Below are positions 24,061 to 35,136 of a stretch of DNA of 64,000 nt, piece by piece. Both the position numbers and the translations under genes were made by a program. The number at the start of each line of letters is the position of its first letter. Within the stretch, counting starts at the first letter, position 1. Source of the DNA: Octopus sinensis (lineage: Eukaryota); NCBI RefSeq assembly GCF_006345805.1, contig NC_043012.1, positions 42,718,001 to 42,782,000 on the forward strand, read 5' to 3'. A model generated the notes under the pieces. It was not told where the DNA came from, searched no databases, and saw only the letters and a program-made list of their open reading frames with translations.

Positions 24061-25564
24061 TACATGCATACATACATATACACATAAACCGAGTAAAAAA
24101 TTTCAGTTATCTCTCTCTTTCACACATTACTCTCTCTGTCTCTTCACACACACTAACAGAAGCACTTCACTTACACAACATACTGTCTGTCTCCCACACT
24201 CCATCAAACACACACACACACACACATGTACATCAATGAGTCCCATGCACGGTAACTTCAAAGGAACTTCCCTCGTCATACAATCGCTTTCTCTTAGTCT
24301 CTTTCGCTCTCATTACTTATGTAAAAAAATAAAATTTTTTTCTATGTGTGTAAAGAGGAAGTGGGAGGCAGAGTGAAAGAATCACTCACTACAGTAAGTG
24401 AATTACTTTCATTTTATTCCTTGCCCACTGTGTGTGTGCGTTTGCGTGTGGTGTAAACCAGACTAAGAAAAGCATTTGACACACACACCAGAATGTGAGT
24501 TTTCTGTAAATTTTGCTTAATTGGAGTTTAAATTTTAAAAACTGGACCTGGCATGACGCGATGCATTGTACTCTCAAAAATGCTAGGTAAATTGTAATTG
24601 AAGAAATCCTATATTGTAGATTTCTATAACTCCCAAAGGGAGGCAGATAAAATCTGCCTTTTATAATAAGAGATATATATATATGTATATATATATCAAG
24701 TGAGAGGGAATGCAGGTAGGACAATGCTATTGCCCCTTATTCTCTTAGAGATTTCAGCATCCATATCTCAGTGCATATTCACTGCATGTTTCAAATAGAT
24801 GTTTTCTTTTACCTCTTTGATTTATTTGCTTCTCACCTTTATTCAGCCTTTACCACGTCTTGTACATATATATTCGCATGCGCGCGCACACACAGATGCA
24901 TTAATTAAAAGGATGCTAAATAGCACTAACTGAAATAACACTATGTTTATTTATTTATATTTACCATGTTGATGTACATTCAAATTTGAAAAGAAAGCTT
25001 CTGTCATTTTTTGACATTTTAGTCAACACCTCCTTAACTGATAGAAGCTGTCTTTGCCCTGCTAGTATAACTAGTGCATCAAATCAAGCTGAGACTGATA
25101 TGACCCTGATCCTCCACTTATTTTTATTTTGCATGGTACAGTAACCAATATGTATTACAAACATATCCCAATGTCCAAGTAGACTGTCTATAGTCAGCTC
25201 CTTACTTCATCATCATCATTTAATGTCTGTTTTCCATGCTGGCACTTCTCCGCTTATAATTCATCAAAGCAAACACTTTTTTCCCAAATGGTATCCTGTA
25301 CTTTCAAAAGCTTATTATACAGTCTTTCTTTGCTAAGGTGTACTTTCTAGAAAACATTAAAAAAAACACAAAGTGTCTAGCATAGTTTCAAATCTATTGG
25401 TTCGTACCCAGGTGGGAGAGCCATAACCATAAAATAATACAGATGCAGCGACAGTATAGAAATTTATCAGATTTTTTAAAGCGATAAGATTTCTACATTA
25501 TACTGAAACTTAAGTGTTGCCCAAACTTAAGCACAGGCACTGTGCTAAAAAATACACAGACAAT

Positions 25565-26445
25565 AGGCTCCTTCAAATGCTCAGGGGGATCATCAGAAGT
25601 AGTAGATGGCTTCTGTTACCTAGGAGACCAAGTTAGCAGTAGTGGAGAAGGTTCTGAAAGTGTAATTGCTAGGATAAGAACAGGTTGAGCAAAGTTCAGA
25701 GAGTTTCTACCTTTGTTAGTAACCAAGGGCCTCTCCCTCAGAGGGAAAGGCAGATTGTATGAAGCCTGTGTACATACAGCTATGTTACATGCCTGTGAAA
25801 CATGAGCCCTGCAAAAGCTTGAAAGAAATGAAGCTAGCATGCTCTGCTGGATGGGTAATCAGTGTGCATGCACAAGAGAGTAAATGATTTAAGAGGGAAA
25901 CTGGGTATAAGAGGCGTTAGATGTTGTGTGCAAGAGAGAAGACTGCACTGGTTTGGTCATGTGATGTGTATGGATGAGGACAGCTCAATAAAGAAGTGCC
26001 AAGCTCTAATTGTGGAGGGTACCTATGATAGGGGTAGACCCAGGAAGACATAGGATGAAGTGGTGAGAAAGGATCTTCAGACACTGAGCCTCACTGAGGA
26101 AATAACAAGGGACCGGGAGATGTGGTGATTTGCTGTACTTGATTAAAACACGTCAAGATAAATAAAATTGCTATCTTCCACACATACAGGCTTGTATCTT
26201 CAGGAGCCAGTGCTACTTAAAAAGCACCCATGCTGGTGCTGCACAAATGCACCTATGCTGGTGGCGCATAAAAAGCACCCAGCAGGCTCTGTTAAGTGGT
26301 TGGCATTATGAAGGGCATCCAGCCATAGAAACCATGCCACAACAGACAGTTGGAGTCTGGACAGGTCCCTGCTAGCCAGCTCCATGTCAAATTGTCCAAC
26401 TCATGCAGCATGGAATGCAGATTTTAAATGATGATGATGATGATG
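25565..26445 (+). mobile_element. Degenerate RTE 3' fragment
   Basis: VQERRLHWFGHV, RGRPRKT motifs; UTR core at about 26290-26340; GAT tail. Confidence 0.8.
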
Positions 26446-26523
26446 AATGGCTTTCTGTAAGGTAAATATAGGGTAACATTAGCCACTCGTTATTATCAGC
26501 AAATTCCACAGATGGTTTAGATA

Positions 26524-27617
26524 GCAGGGGACATACCTCTCAATGGTTGACTGCGGACTGGGGCGGTTGGCCATATGGAGGGAGATGAAGACGGGGACCG
26601 CAGAGGAAATTGTGAAAGTATTGAATGAGATATTCCTGGAACGAGGCCCCGTAGATGAACTGATTCTGGATAATGGCACTGCATTTCGCTCGGAGGTGCT
26701 GAAAGAAATGCTTGATGGGTGGAAGGCCAACCGCTTCTTCAGGGTGGCATACCAGCCAAGTGAAAATGGGGTGGTGGAAAGGCATCATCGTACCATCAAG
26801 ACCATGGCAGAGAGGGGCCACATTTCACCAATCGAGGCTGTATTTTGGTACAGGTCGCCCAGATCAGGACAGGCTGAGGAGTCGGTGCCACACAGGGCAA
26901 TATTCAGGTACGAGTGGAGGCATCCGTGTACTGCATCAATGCGACCTGGGGCAGAGGAAGAGCAAGCCTTCGTAAAAACCCCAAACACATGGTGTACATC
27001 ACGATGGGGAAAGGGAACAATAACCTCTATAAATTCGAAGAACAACATTTCTGTCGATGGTATGCCATGCCACATTTTGGATATATGGAAGATTGTCCAT
27101 ACCTCAGAGGATGGAACCAGCAGCAGTGGGCAAGAAGATGAAGACAACATCAGTAGACAAGATGATGAAGCCAGCAGCAACATGCCAGGAACCAAGGCCA
27201 GTCCTAGGGTCGCACTGCGACCACAGAGGGAACGGCACCTTCCTCCCTGGTTGGTTGATTATGAAACCAGTTAAGGTGTGAGTTCAGGAGCGAGGAGTGA
27301 GTAGGAAAGCCAGTTGAGTGATCTGTAGATCGGGGGGGGGGCGTGTGGTGTTGGCGGTTGGTGTTATGGGACGTGATGAGCTACGTGGTGTTGGTGGACA
27401 GGATGACTGAGGGGTGCATGCGTGGGAGGAAGTGGATGTGGTCAAGGACAACACACGTGTGGTCAGCGAGGAAGCGCGGCAGTTCCAGCATAGACGGCAA
27501 AGCGACAGGACGTGTCGAATTCGTGAGAGACCGCTGATTTCGCCAAGGTAAGGCCTTTTGTATTTCTTTCTCCCATTGCTTCTTTTTGCTGTTGTCCTCT
27601 TCATCCATCACACTACA
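26524..27617 (+). mobile_element. 5'-truncated LTR retrotransposon: integrase C-terminal part + 3' LTR (27344-27617)
   Basis: ORF 26543-27274 closely similar to the integrase at 30900-31686 (LILDNGTAF, NGVVERHHRTIK); G-rich PPT 27332-27341; LTR TGTGGTG...CTACA. Confidence 0.9.
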
Positions 27618-28035
27618 TTGCTTATAGAATTAATAGCCATCTTTAGGCAGCGAGCTGGCAGAATCATTAGCATGCAGGGCGAAATGCTTAGCAATATTTC
27701 GTCTACCATTACATTCTGAGTTCAAATTTTGCCAAGGTCAACTTTACTTTTCATCCTTTTAGGATCTGTGGTGTGGTGATGAGGGAGTGTGACAGAGAGG
27801 GAGGGAGCGGAAGTGGGTCTTGCAGGTCTCGCAGGGCGCATGCGCCGGCGGAAGCAGAAGTGAGAGACAGAACGCACGTGCGGCATCGACCAGGGCAGTC
27901 AGACTCGAGAACGACGCCAAGACGCTAGCAAGTTGGCTCGAGGCGAATCCGGCTTCATCTCTACAGGTAAGACCGAATTACACTTCTAATTCTTTTCCTT
28001 GTTCTGTTACGCTCCTCTTCACCACACTTATCACA

Positions 28036-28047
28036 AGCTATTTCGGC
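28036..28047 (+). promoter_or_regulatory. Primer-binding-site position: AGCTATTTCGGC, complementary to nt 1-12 of tRNA-Phe(GAA)
   Basis: Abuts the 5' LTR CA; identical 12-mer abuts the 5' LTR of the second element (45635-45646); metazoan tRNA-Phe begins GCCGAAATAGCT (from memory of human and Drosophila sequences). Confidence 0.75.
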
Positions 28048-28088
28048 AAAATAATCAATCGGTTTCGTGAAAATAAAAAATAAAAATT

Positions 28089-28844
28089 ATGCAGACTGCT
28101 ATGATTTCACGCGACCCTATAACACCGTTTTGCGGCGACACCGACGTGGTCGCTTGGTTGAGGAGGGTGAAGTTGGTGGCGAAGCTACACGGCATAGCTG
28201 ACCTGGCTAGTTTTATGCCGTTGTATTTGGATGGCCCGGCGTTGGCGTTATATCTGGAGATGGAGGAAGCAGACCAACGCAGCGCGGACAAGGTGGAGAT
28301 CCGACTTATGGAGGCCTTCGCGGAAGGAATGTTTGAAGCGTACACTCGACTGGGTAGGATGAGGTGGACAGGACAGCAGGTGGACGTGTTCACTGGCGAG
28401 CTTAGAAGGTTGGCAAAACTTGCGGGATATGAGGGAGAGTCGCTAGAACGCACGGTCAGGTTAGCGTTCGTGACCGGCTTTCCCGACATCATGTCGGTCG
28501 AGCTACAGAAGCTCCCGAACGTGCGTTCGATGCCGATGGCCGAGATTATATCGCGGGCACGTGTACTGGTGTCGTGCAGCAGGTCGACGTCGGTAGCAGC
28601 GACTGCAACGTCGAAAAGTGGCCCAGCTAGGAGCAACGGAGAGGGGCTGGGGAAAGAACGCGTGCGGTCGTTTAAGGGACAGTGTTTCCGGTGCCAGGGC
28701 CCACACATGGTCCGTGACTGCGCGTCGCCCAAGCCCGAGGTGATTTGCTACCGGTGCCGAGAGCCGGGGCATGTGGCCAGCGAGTGTCTGCGGGGAAACG
28801 GACCGCGGGAGACTACTGCGCCGGTAGTTGTCCCTTTGGATTAG
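28089..28844 (+). CDS. gag: Gag (251 aa) with two zinc knuckles
   Basis: CFRCQGPHMVRDC and CYRCREPGHVASEC knuckles; starts 53 nt after the 5' LTR. Confidence 0.9.
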   Translation: MQTAMISRDPITPFCGDTDVVAWLRRVKLVAKLHGIADLASFMPLYLDGPALALYLEMEEADQRSADKVEIRLMEAFAEGMFEAYTRLGRMRWTGQQVDVFTGELRRLAKLAGYEGESLERTVRLAFVTGFPDIMSVELQKLPNVRSMPMAEIISRARVLVSCSRSTSVAATATSKSGPARSNGEGLGKERVRSFKGQCFRCQGPHMVRDCASPKPEVICYRCREPGHVASECLRGNGPRETTAPVVVPLD

Positions 28845-28853
28845 TAGCGGCGC
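28793..28853 (+). promoter_or_regulatory. -1 ribosomal frameshift signal: G_GGA_AAC heptamer + H-type pseudoknot
   Basis: Heptamer 28793-28799 is phased in the gag frame, and -1 enters the pol frame; 7-nt spacer; stem 1 28807-28816/28824-28834; stem 2 GCGCCG 28818-28823/CGGCGC 28848-28853. Confidence 0.85.
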
Positions 28854-31686
28854 GTTTCTCATCGTTACCTGTGGTCGACATTCTGGTGAAGGGGAAGATG
28901 TCGCGAGCCCTGGTGGACACGGGCTGTACGACGACCCTGATGACCACAGAAGTGGCAGAGACGTGGAGTGGAGGAAGCAGTGTCAGGGCAGTCGACGGAA
29001 GAGAAGTGCACTGCGAAGGGGTTACGGATGCGCAGATTGTGGTGCAGGGACTGCAGCTGACGTTGCGAGCGATTGTGGTCGGTCACTTGGTGGACGAGAT
29101 CGACGTGGTGATGGGGATGGATGCGATCACCCGTCTGGGAGGTGTTACCGTCAACGAGGCTGGCGTAACGTTTGGGCTAGCAGGGAAGCCGTGTAGGGCG
29201 ACACCACGCACCGACGACAACCGTGAGGAAATGGATGCGGCGCACACCATTGAAGACCAGGATTTTCGGGCTGTCTTTGATGGCGAGAGGTGGACAGTGG
29301 AGTGGCACTGGAAGGGAGAGCCCCCGATGTTAAAGAACAAAGTGGGCTGCTATCAGCATACTCTAAAAGGAGATGCCAGAAGTGAGTTCGAGGGGGAGGT
29401 GGAGCGGTGGATTAAGGAGGGCATACTGATCCCCTGAGAAAAAGAAGAGAGCGGAGTCCTGCCACTGATGGCGGTGATACAGCCCACAAAGCGTAAGGTC
29501 AGGCCAGTGCTCGACTTCCGAGAGCTGAATGACCACGTGTCGTGTCATACAGGCGGCGAGGCCACGGATGTCTGCGGAGACACCTTGCGAGAGTGGAGGC
29601 AGACGGCGGGGGCCTCCACGATTGTCGATTTGAAGTCGGCATACCTTCAGGTTCATGTGGCTGAGAAACTATGGAGGTACCAGCTCGTCAGGTATAGGGG
29701 CCGGACGTACTGTCTGACCAGGTTGGGATTCGGGCTGAATTCAGCTCCGAAGATTATGGCAACAATTCTCAAGGCCGTCCTGGGGAAGGTGGACAGAGTA
29801 AAAAGGGCCACCAATTCATACATCGACGACATTCTCGTGGATGAAACCGTGATACCAGCAACGGAGGTCATAGGCCACCTGAAGAGTTTTGGACTGATCG
29901 CCAAGCCGCCAGAGGCTATGGAGGGAGGTGCTGCACTGGGCCTCCCGGCGCCTTGGTGTTCCGGCGAGGGAATGAGATCCCTGAACTGGGCGCCAGCATG
30001 AGTAGACGGGAGCTGTTCTCTGTGTGTGGGAAGCTGGTGGGACACTACCCGATTGCAGGCTGGCTCCGGACAGCATGCAGCTTCATCAAGAGACGAGCCG
30101 AAGGAGTGAAGTGGAATGATAAAGTGGGGGAGAGGACGATCGACATGATGCAGGAAGTCCTGGTCAGAGTAAGAGCAGAGGACCCGGTGAGGGGCAGCTG
30201 GTACGTTCCCAAATCAAAGAGCGGGATCGTATGGTGTGACGCCAGTAGCATCGCAATAGGGATTGTCTTGGAAGTGGGAGGTGTCACGGTGGAAGATGCA
30301 GCCTGGCTCAGGAAGATGGATGACTGCAGTCACATCAACGTGGCGAAGTTGGAAGCCGTGCTGAAGGGGGTGAACCTAGCCTTGAAGTGGGGGTTGCACA
30401 CCATAGAAATCAGGACTGATTCAGCCACTGTACTTGGTTGGGCGACGGCAGTCATCACCGATGAGCGGAGGGTGCGGACCAAAGGGGCTGCAGAGATGCT
30501 GGTAAAGCGTCGATTGGGGATACTGCGTGAACTGACCACTGAGTTCAATCTGAAGCTGAGCGTGATCTTTGTGCCTTCCGAGAAGAACAGGGCAGACGTC
30601 CTGACCAGGGTTAAGCGAGCCTGGTTGCAAGTGCCAGAGGACGCGAAGCAGGATGTAGCTGCAGTATGCCATCTGAGCGACTCGGAGTTGCGGAGACTGC
30701 ACACCATGCATCACATGGGTGTGGACAGGACGTTGTTCCTGGCCAGAAAAGTTGACTCCGACGTAACAAGACAGAGCGTGCGGAGAGTGGTTAGCAGTTG
30801 TGACAGGTGCCAGTCCATCGACCCTGCTCCGGTCGTGCATGAAGCGGGAAGTATTCCAGTGGACCAGGACTGGAGACGACTGGCGGTGGACATAACACAC
30901 TACCGGCAGGGGACATACCTCTCAATGGTTGACTGCAGACCGGGGCGGTTTGCCATATGGAGGGAGATGAGGTCAGGAACCGCAGAAGAAATTGCGAAAG
31001 TGCTGAACGAGATATTCCTGGAACGAGGCCCCGTGGATGAACTGCTTCTGGACAACGGCACTGCATTTCGCTCGGAGGCGCTGAGAGAAATGCTTGATGA
31101 GTGGAAGGTCAACCGCTTCTTCAGGGCGGCATACCGGCCAAGTGGAAACGGGGTGGTGGAAAGGCATCATCGTACCATCAAGGCCATGGCTGAGAGGGGT
31201 CACATTTCACCAGTCGAGGCCGTATTTTGGTACAACATGTCGCCCAGATCAGGACAGGCCGAGGAGTCGGTGCCACACAGGGCAATATTCAGGTACGAGT
31301 GGAGGCATCCGTGTACTACATCAATGCGACCCGGGGCAGAGGAAGAGCACGCCTTCGTGCAGGTCGGGGAGGAAGTCTGGGTGAAACCCCCGAACGCACG
31401 GTGTACATCGCAATGGGGAAAGGGGACAATAACCTCCGTAAATTCAAAGAATAACATCTCGGTAGATGGTATGCCACGCCACGTTTTGGACATACGGAGG
31501 ATTGTCCATGCCCCGGAGGATGGGACAAGCAACAGTGGGCAAGACGATAACAACAGACAGGATGACGAGGTCGGCAGCAACACGCCAGAAACAAGTCCTA
31601 GGGTCGCACTGCGACCACAGAGGGAGCGGCACCCTCCTCCCTGGTTGGCTGACTACGAAACCAGTTTCAGGTGCAGGAGCGAGTGA
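28793..31686 (+). pseudogene. pol: Pol (aspartic protease, RT, RNase H, HHCC-DDE integrase), disrupted
   Basis: ALVDTGC (PR); VLDFRELN, VDLKSAY, FGLNSAP, YIDD (RT); WCDAS, HINVAKLEA, IRTDS (RH; expected E read as K at 30346-30348); HTMHHMG...CDRC, AVDIT, LLDNGTAF, NGVVERHHRTIK (IN). Confidence 0.92.
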
Positions 31687-34622
31687 GGAAGCCGGTTCAG
31701 TGATCTATAGATCAGGGGGGCGTGTGGTGTGGTGATGAGGGAGTGTGACAGAGAGGGAGGGAGCGGAAGTGGGTCTTGTAGGTCTCGCAGGGCGCATGCG
31801 CCGGCGGAAGCGGAAGTGAGAGACAGAACGCACGTGCGGCATCGACCAGGGCAGTCAGACTCGAGAACGACGCCAAGACGCTAGCAAGTTGGCTCAAGGC
31901 GAATCCGGCTTCATCTCTACAGGTAAGACCGAATTACACTTCTAATTCTTTTCCTTGTTCTGTTACGCTCCTCTTCACCACACTTATCACAGGATCGATA
32001 AATTAAGTACCAGTTACACACTGAGGTTGATGTAATCAACTTATCCCCACTCCCAAATTTCAGACCTTGTGCCTATAGTAGAAAGGAGAATTATAGCCAC
32101 CTTAAATGTACCTAGTCACATGCAAACATGAAAAGCATGTACCAATATTCACATATCAATGATATAATTTACAATATACAGTATTCACAATATACAATAT
32201 TCACAGTAATAGTTTGGCACCTCCTACTAATATCTTCATAGATACGTGAGAATATCTATCAATAAGAACATGTTTGGCCATACATTTGCATATTGTCCAC
32301 CTGACTGATGATGTGCCAATAAAGATAGTCTCTACATCAGGTGTGAAGAGCCTTTTTTCTGTACTAGTGATAAATGCAAGTGCATAAGAGTCATTTAGCA
32401 TTCGTTCTGTGTTGAGTTTATAACTGTGCAACTTATATTAAATTATTATTTTGGTATTAAGGTTAAAGTCTTTTTGTTTGTTCATATGGATTGTTTGAAA
32501 CTTTGTCAAGGAGTTGTTTCAAATTTGAAAATGGGTAAAATTTTGCATGCGAACAAAGATACTTTTATTCCTGCTCTACACAGTCATTGGCTTACAAGAA
32601 ATAACATTCAAATCCCTCTGAAAAAATCTTTCAAAAAGGGTGCAGTCACATTAGATAATGTAGTCCTATTCCTATGACAGTATGATCACTGCTGGACTGC
32701 TTTGCCTCATAGGTCTGCTCAAATGCTGACCAACGGCTAAACAACCAACAAAGTTCTCAGAAGGTCCTCTGAAATAACTTTTTCTCTTTCTTTTTTTTTT
32801 TTTTTTTTTTTGTCACTCTCTACACCTACAGAATGCACGTTACCTAATCCTTTATGCTCCCAAAAACACACATCTACAACTTGTTTCTCTCATCCACTGA
32901 CCTTCAACAGTTCAAACTATAACTTCGCCAGCTCGCCTCCACCTCGCTTCTAGGAGAGCCTTTAAAGATTGTAAGTTCTGTCTATATCAGAGCAAATACT
33001 TACGAGTGTACGTAAATCGGCATGTTTAAAGACGAGGTTGTATGTCTAACACTAGATCTCTATATGCCAGCGTATGAGAGATTTCGAACTATTTACGTCA
33101 AGAGGTATGTGGGACATTATCTAATATGACCTTCTCGTCCTTTTTCAAGACTGTAGTTATGCAATTTGAGGAGAATATGGAAGTTATTTCTAGCATGTCA
33201 ATGACAATGTGCAGCAGAATTAAGAGACTTTTTGCTCAAATACAAAATTTAGGCATCACAAAACCAGCGTAAGTGTTTTAAAGACTTTTACTGCAAACTA
33301 TTTCAAACCAGAATGCAGCAGACTAACTCATCGCAACTAGTTATTTTGGTGCACACCCACATACACATTTAACATAAATATAACGTTTCAAATTTAATAA
33401 GAGTGAAGTGGTAAGACACATTTTCCATGAGAGGCAACTTAAGTGAAATACATGTTCATTTACCCATGTGAATGGTTTTGGGAGTTAAAACGAGAGGTGA
33501 TACAGAATATACAATCTACGAAATATAAAATATGGACACAAAAGAAAATACGCAAAAGAATTATTATAGGAGAGTAGGAAGAGATAGAAAGAAAGCAAGG
33601 CGGAGTAAGAGAAACAAACACCTGACCTTCCCTCCTGATGCATGTGTCGGTATTTACCTTAATAGCTTTTGCTATAATAACGAGTTGTTTTGTGTCTATA
33701 TATGTTGAATATCTTGTATTGCAGTGTGTACGTCATTTTCCCTAATACAGGGTCAAGATAGATTAATTATAAAAAGATATTTTTGTTATATACACTTGTT
33801 TGTGTGTCTTGCAACTATTTGCAGAATTCAAGACAAAATTCTTATTTAAAGAATAAGTTGAAAAGAAAGTACTTTATTAGGCGATCTTACGAAAGATCGC
33901 CCTTTATTATGATCTAAGTAATAAAGTCGCTTAAAAATCACACAACATATATTTAATTCGACCATTTGTTGGAGTAGGTGTGAACTGAAGTAGTTTCGGA
34001 AGTATAGTGAGGGAGACAGCAAGATAATATAACTTGTTAGGCTACAGACACAGGTTCAACAACACAAACAAATCGGGACCGAAGTTGATAAGAGAGAAAT
34101 CTTACCTGAATTTCAAAAGCAACAAACCTTGTCAAGATCCCATGTAACTTGTAATATTTATGAGATACTGGAAATCAAAACAGAAACAAAACTGTTGGTG
34201 TCGACTTACATCTCTTCCTGATGTTATTGTTTTGTTCTTTGCATTTATCAGCTTGTAATTGTTGTGGGTGACACTGTTGGCATTTACATACATAAATAAA
34301 GGCTTTGAAACTGTGTGCATGCAATGTATAACCCTCTCCAAGCAGACTGAGATGCAATTGCCGCGTCTTCCTGACTTTCATTTACTTTTTTCCCCTCTGG
34401 TTGTCTTCTCCTTGTTCACTTCAATACACTTCACCGTCTCGCTCTTCTTCCCTTCTTTCCTCTTTCCTTTAGTCACTTCTTTTTCAATTATTTTTACTTT
34501 CATTACCTCTGTATTTATTCCTTCCTTCTCTTTTCTATATTCTGCATTTTCTCTATCAGTGTCTTCATTCCTTCCTACTTCTCATTCTCTTCACACTACA
34601 TCTGCCACCTCCTCCTTCGTGT

Positions 34623-34654
<32 letters not shown>

Positions 34655-34658
<4 letters not shown>

Positions 34659-34999
34659 AGAAGGTTATTTGCCAACATAATGTGGCTGTCCTGGAAGGGA
34701 CGATTGTTACTGTTGTTTAGCCCCAGGAAACATCATTTCCAGCTGACTATACGACACAATATCGGTGTCCTTATAATTTCGAACAAGGAGTTCAGCACCT
34801 CCATCCAGCACAAAGCAGCATCTGTGGACCGGTTTCTGGATTATTAGTCTTTATCAACACTGAGTAGCTGTTCGAAAGTATAAGGACACAGAGATTGTGT
34901 CGAATAGTCAGCTGGAAACGATGTTTCCCGGGGCTAAACAATCGTAACAATCGTCCCTTCCAGGACAGCCACATTATGTTGGCAGATAGCCTTCTACTT
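34655..34999. mobile_element. MITE with ~130-bp imperfect TIRs, TA-flanked
   Basis: TA|AAGTAGAAGG...TTCGAACA (to 34785) inverts to TGTTCGAA (34869)...CCTTCTACTT|TA; ~83-bp spacer. Confidence 0.85.
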
Positions 35000-35077
35000 T
35001 AAAGAACATCTCTCTTTGAGAGATTTAGAAATAATAATGTTTGTATGTTATAAATAAATAAATATAAATACACATAC

Positions 35078-35134
<57 letters not shown>

Positions 35135-35136
<2 letters not shown>

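Larger units (their letters stand above)
27767..31991 (+). mobile_element. Full-length compact LTR retrotransposon (PR-RT-RH-IN order, Ty3/Gypsy-like), 4225 bp, young but defective
   Basis: 269-bp LTRs at 27767-28035 and 31723-31991, TG...CA, 3 differences seen; 5-bp TSD GGATC (27762-27766, 31992-31996); PPT 31714-31720; pol has a stop at 29435-29437 and a frameshift near 29940-29953. Confidence 0.97.
27646..32095 (+). mobile_element. tRNA-derived SINE (27646-27766 and 31992-32095) split by the LTR element
   Basis: GGCAGCGAGCTGGCAGAATC...GAGTTCAAATTT head continues into GATAAATTAAGTACCAG body once the LTR element and one GGATC are removed. Confidence 0.75.

Noticed and set aside
27767-28047. 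Tf1-type self-priming as the explanation of the PBS-position 12-mer
   Set aside because: No GCCGAAATAGCT or close match was found within either element's LTR, so the complement is not supplied in cis.
29435-30348. G-to-A hypermutation of the LTR element (TGG>TGA stop, GAG>AAG in RNase H)
   Set aside because: Only two inferred events in different contexts and no consensus to compare; insufficient evidence.
34100-34340. Possible minus-strand exons (GTAAG donors near 34103 and 34205; ORF 34132-34341)
   Set aside because: No recognisable protein similarity and no convincing acceptor/donor pair; cannot be supported without RNA data.
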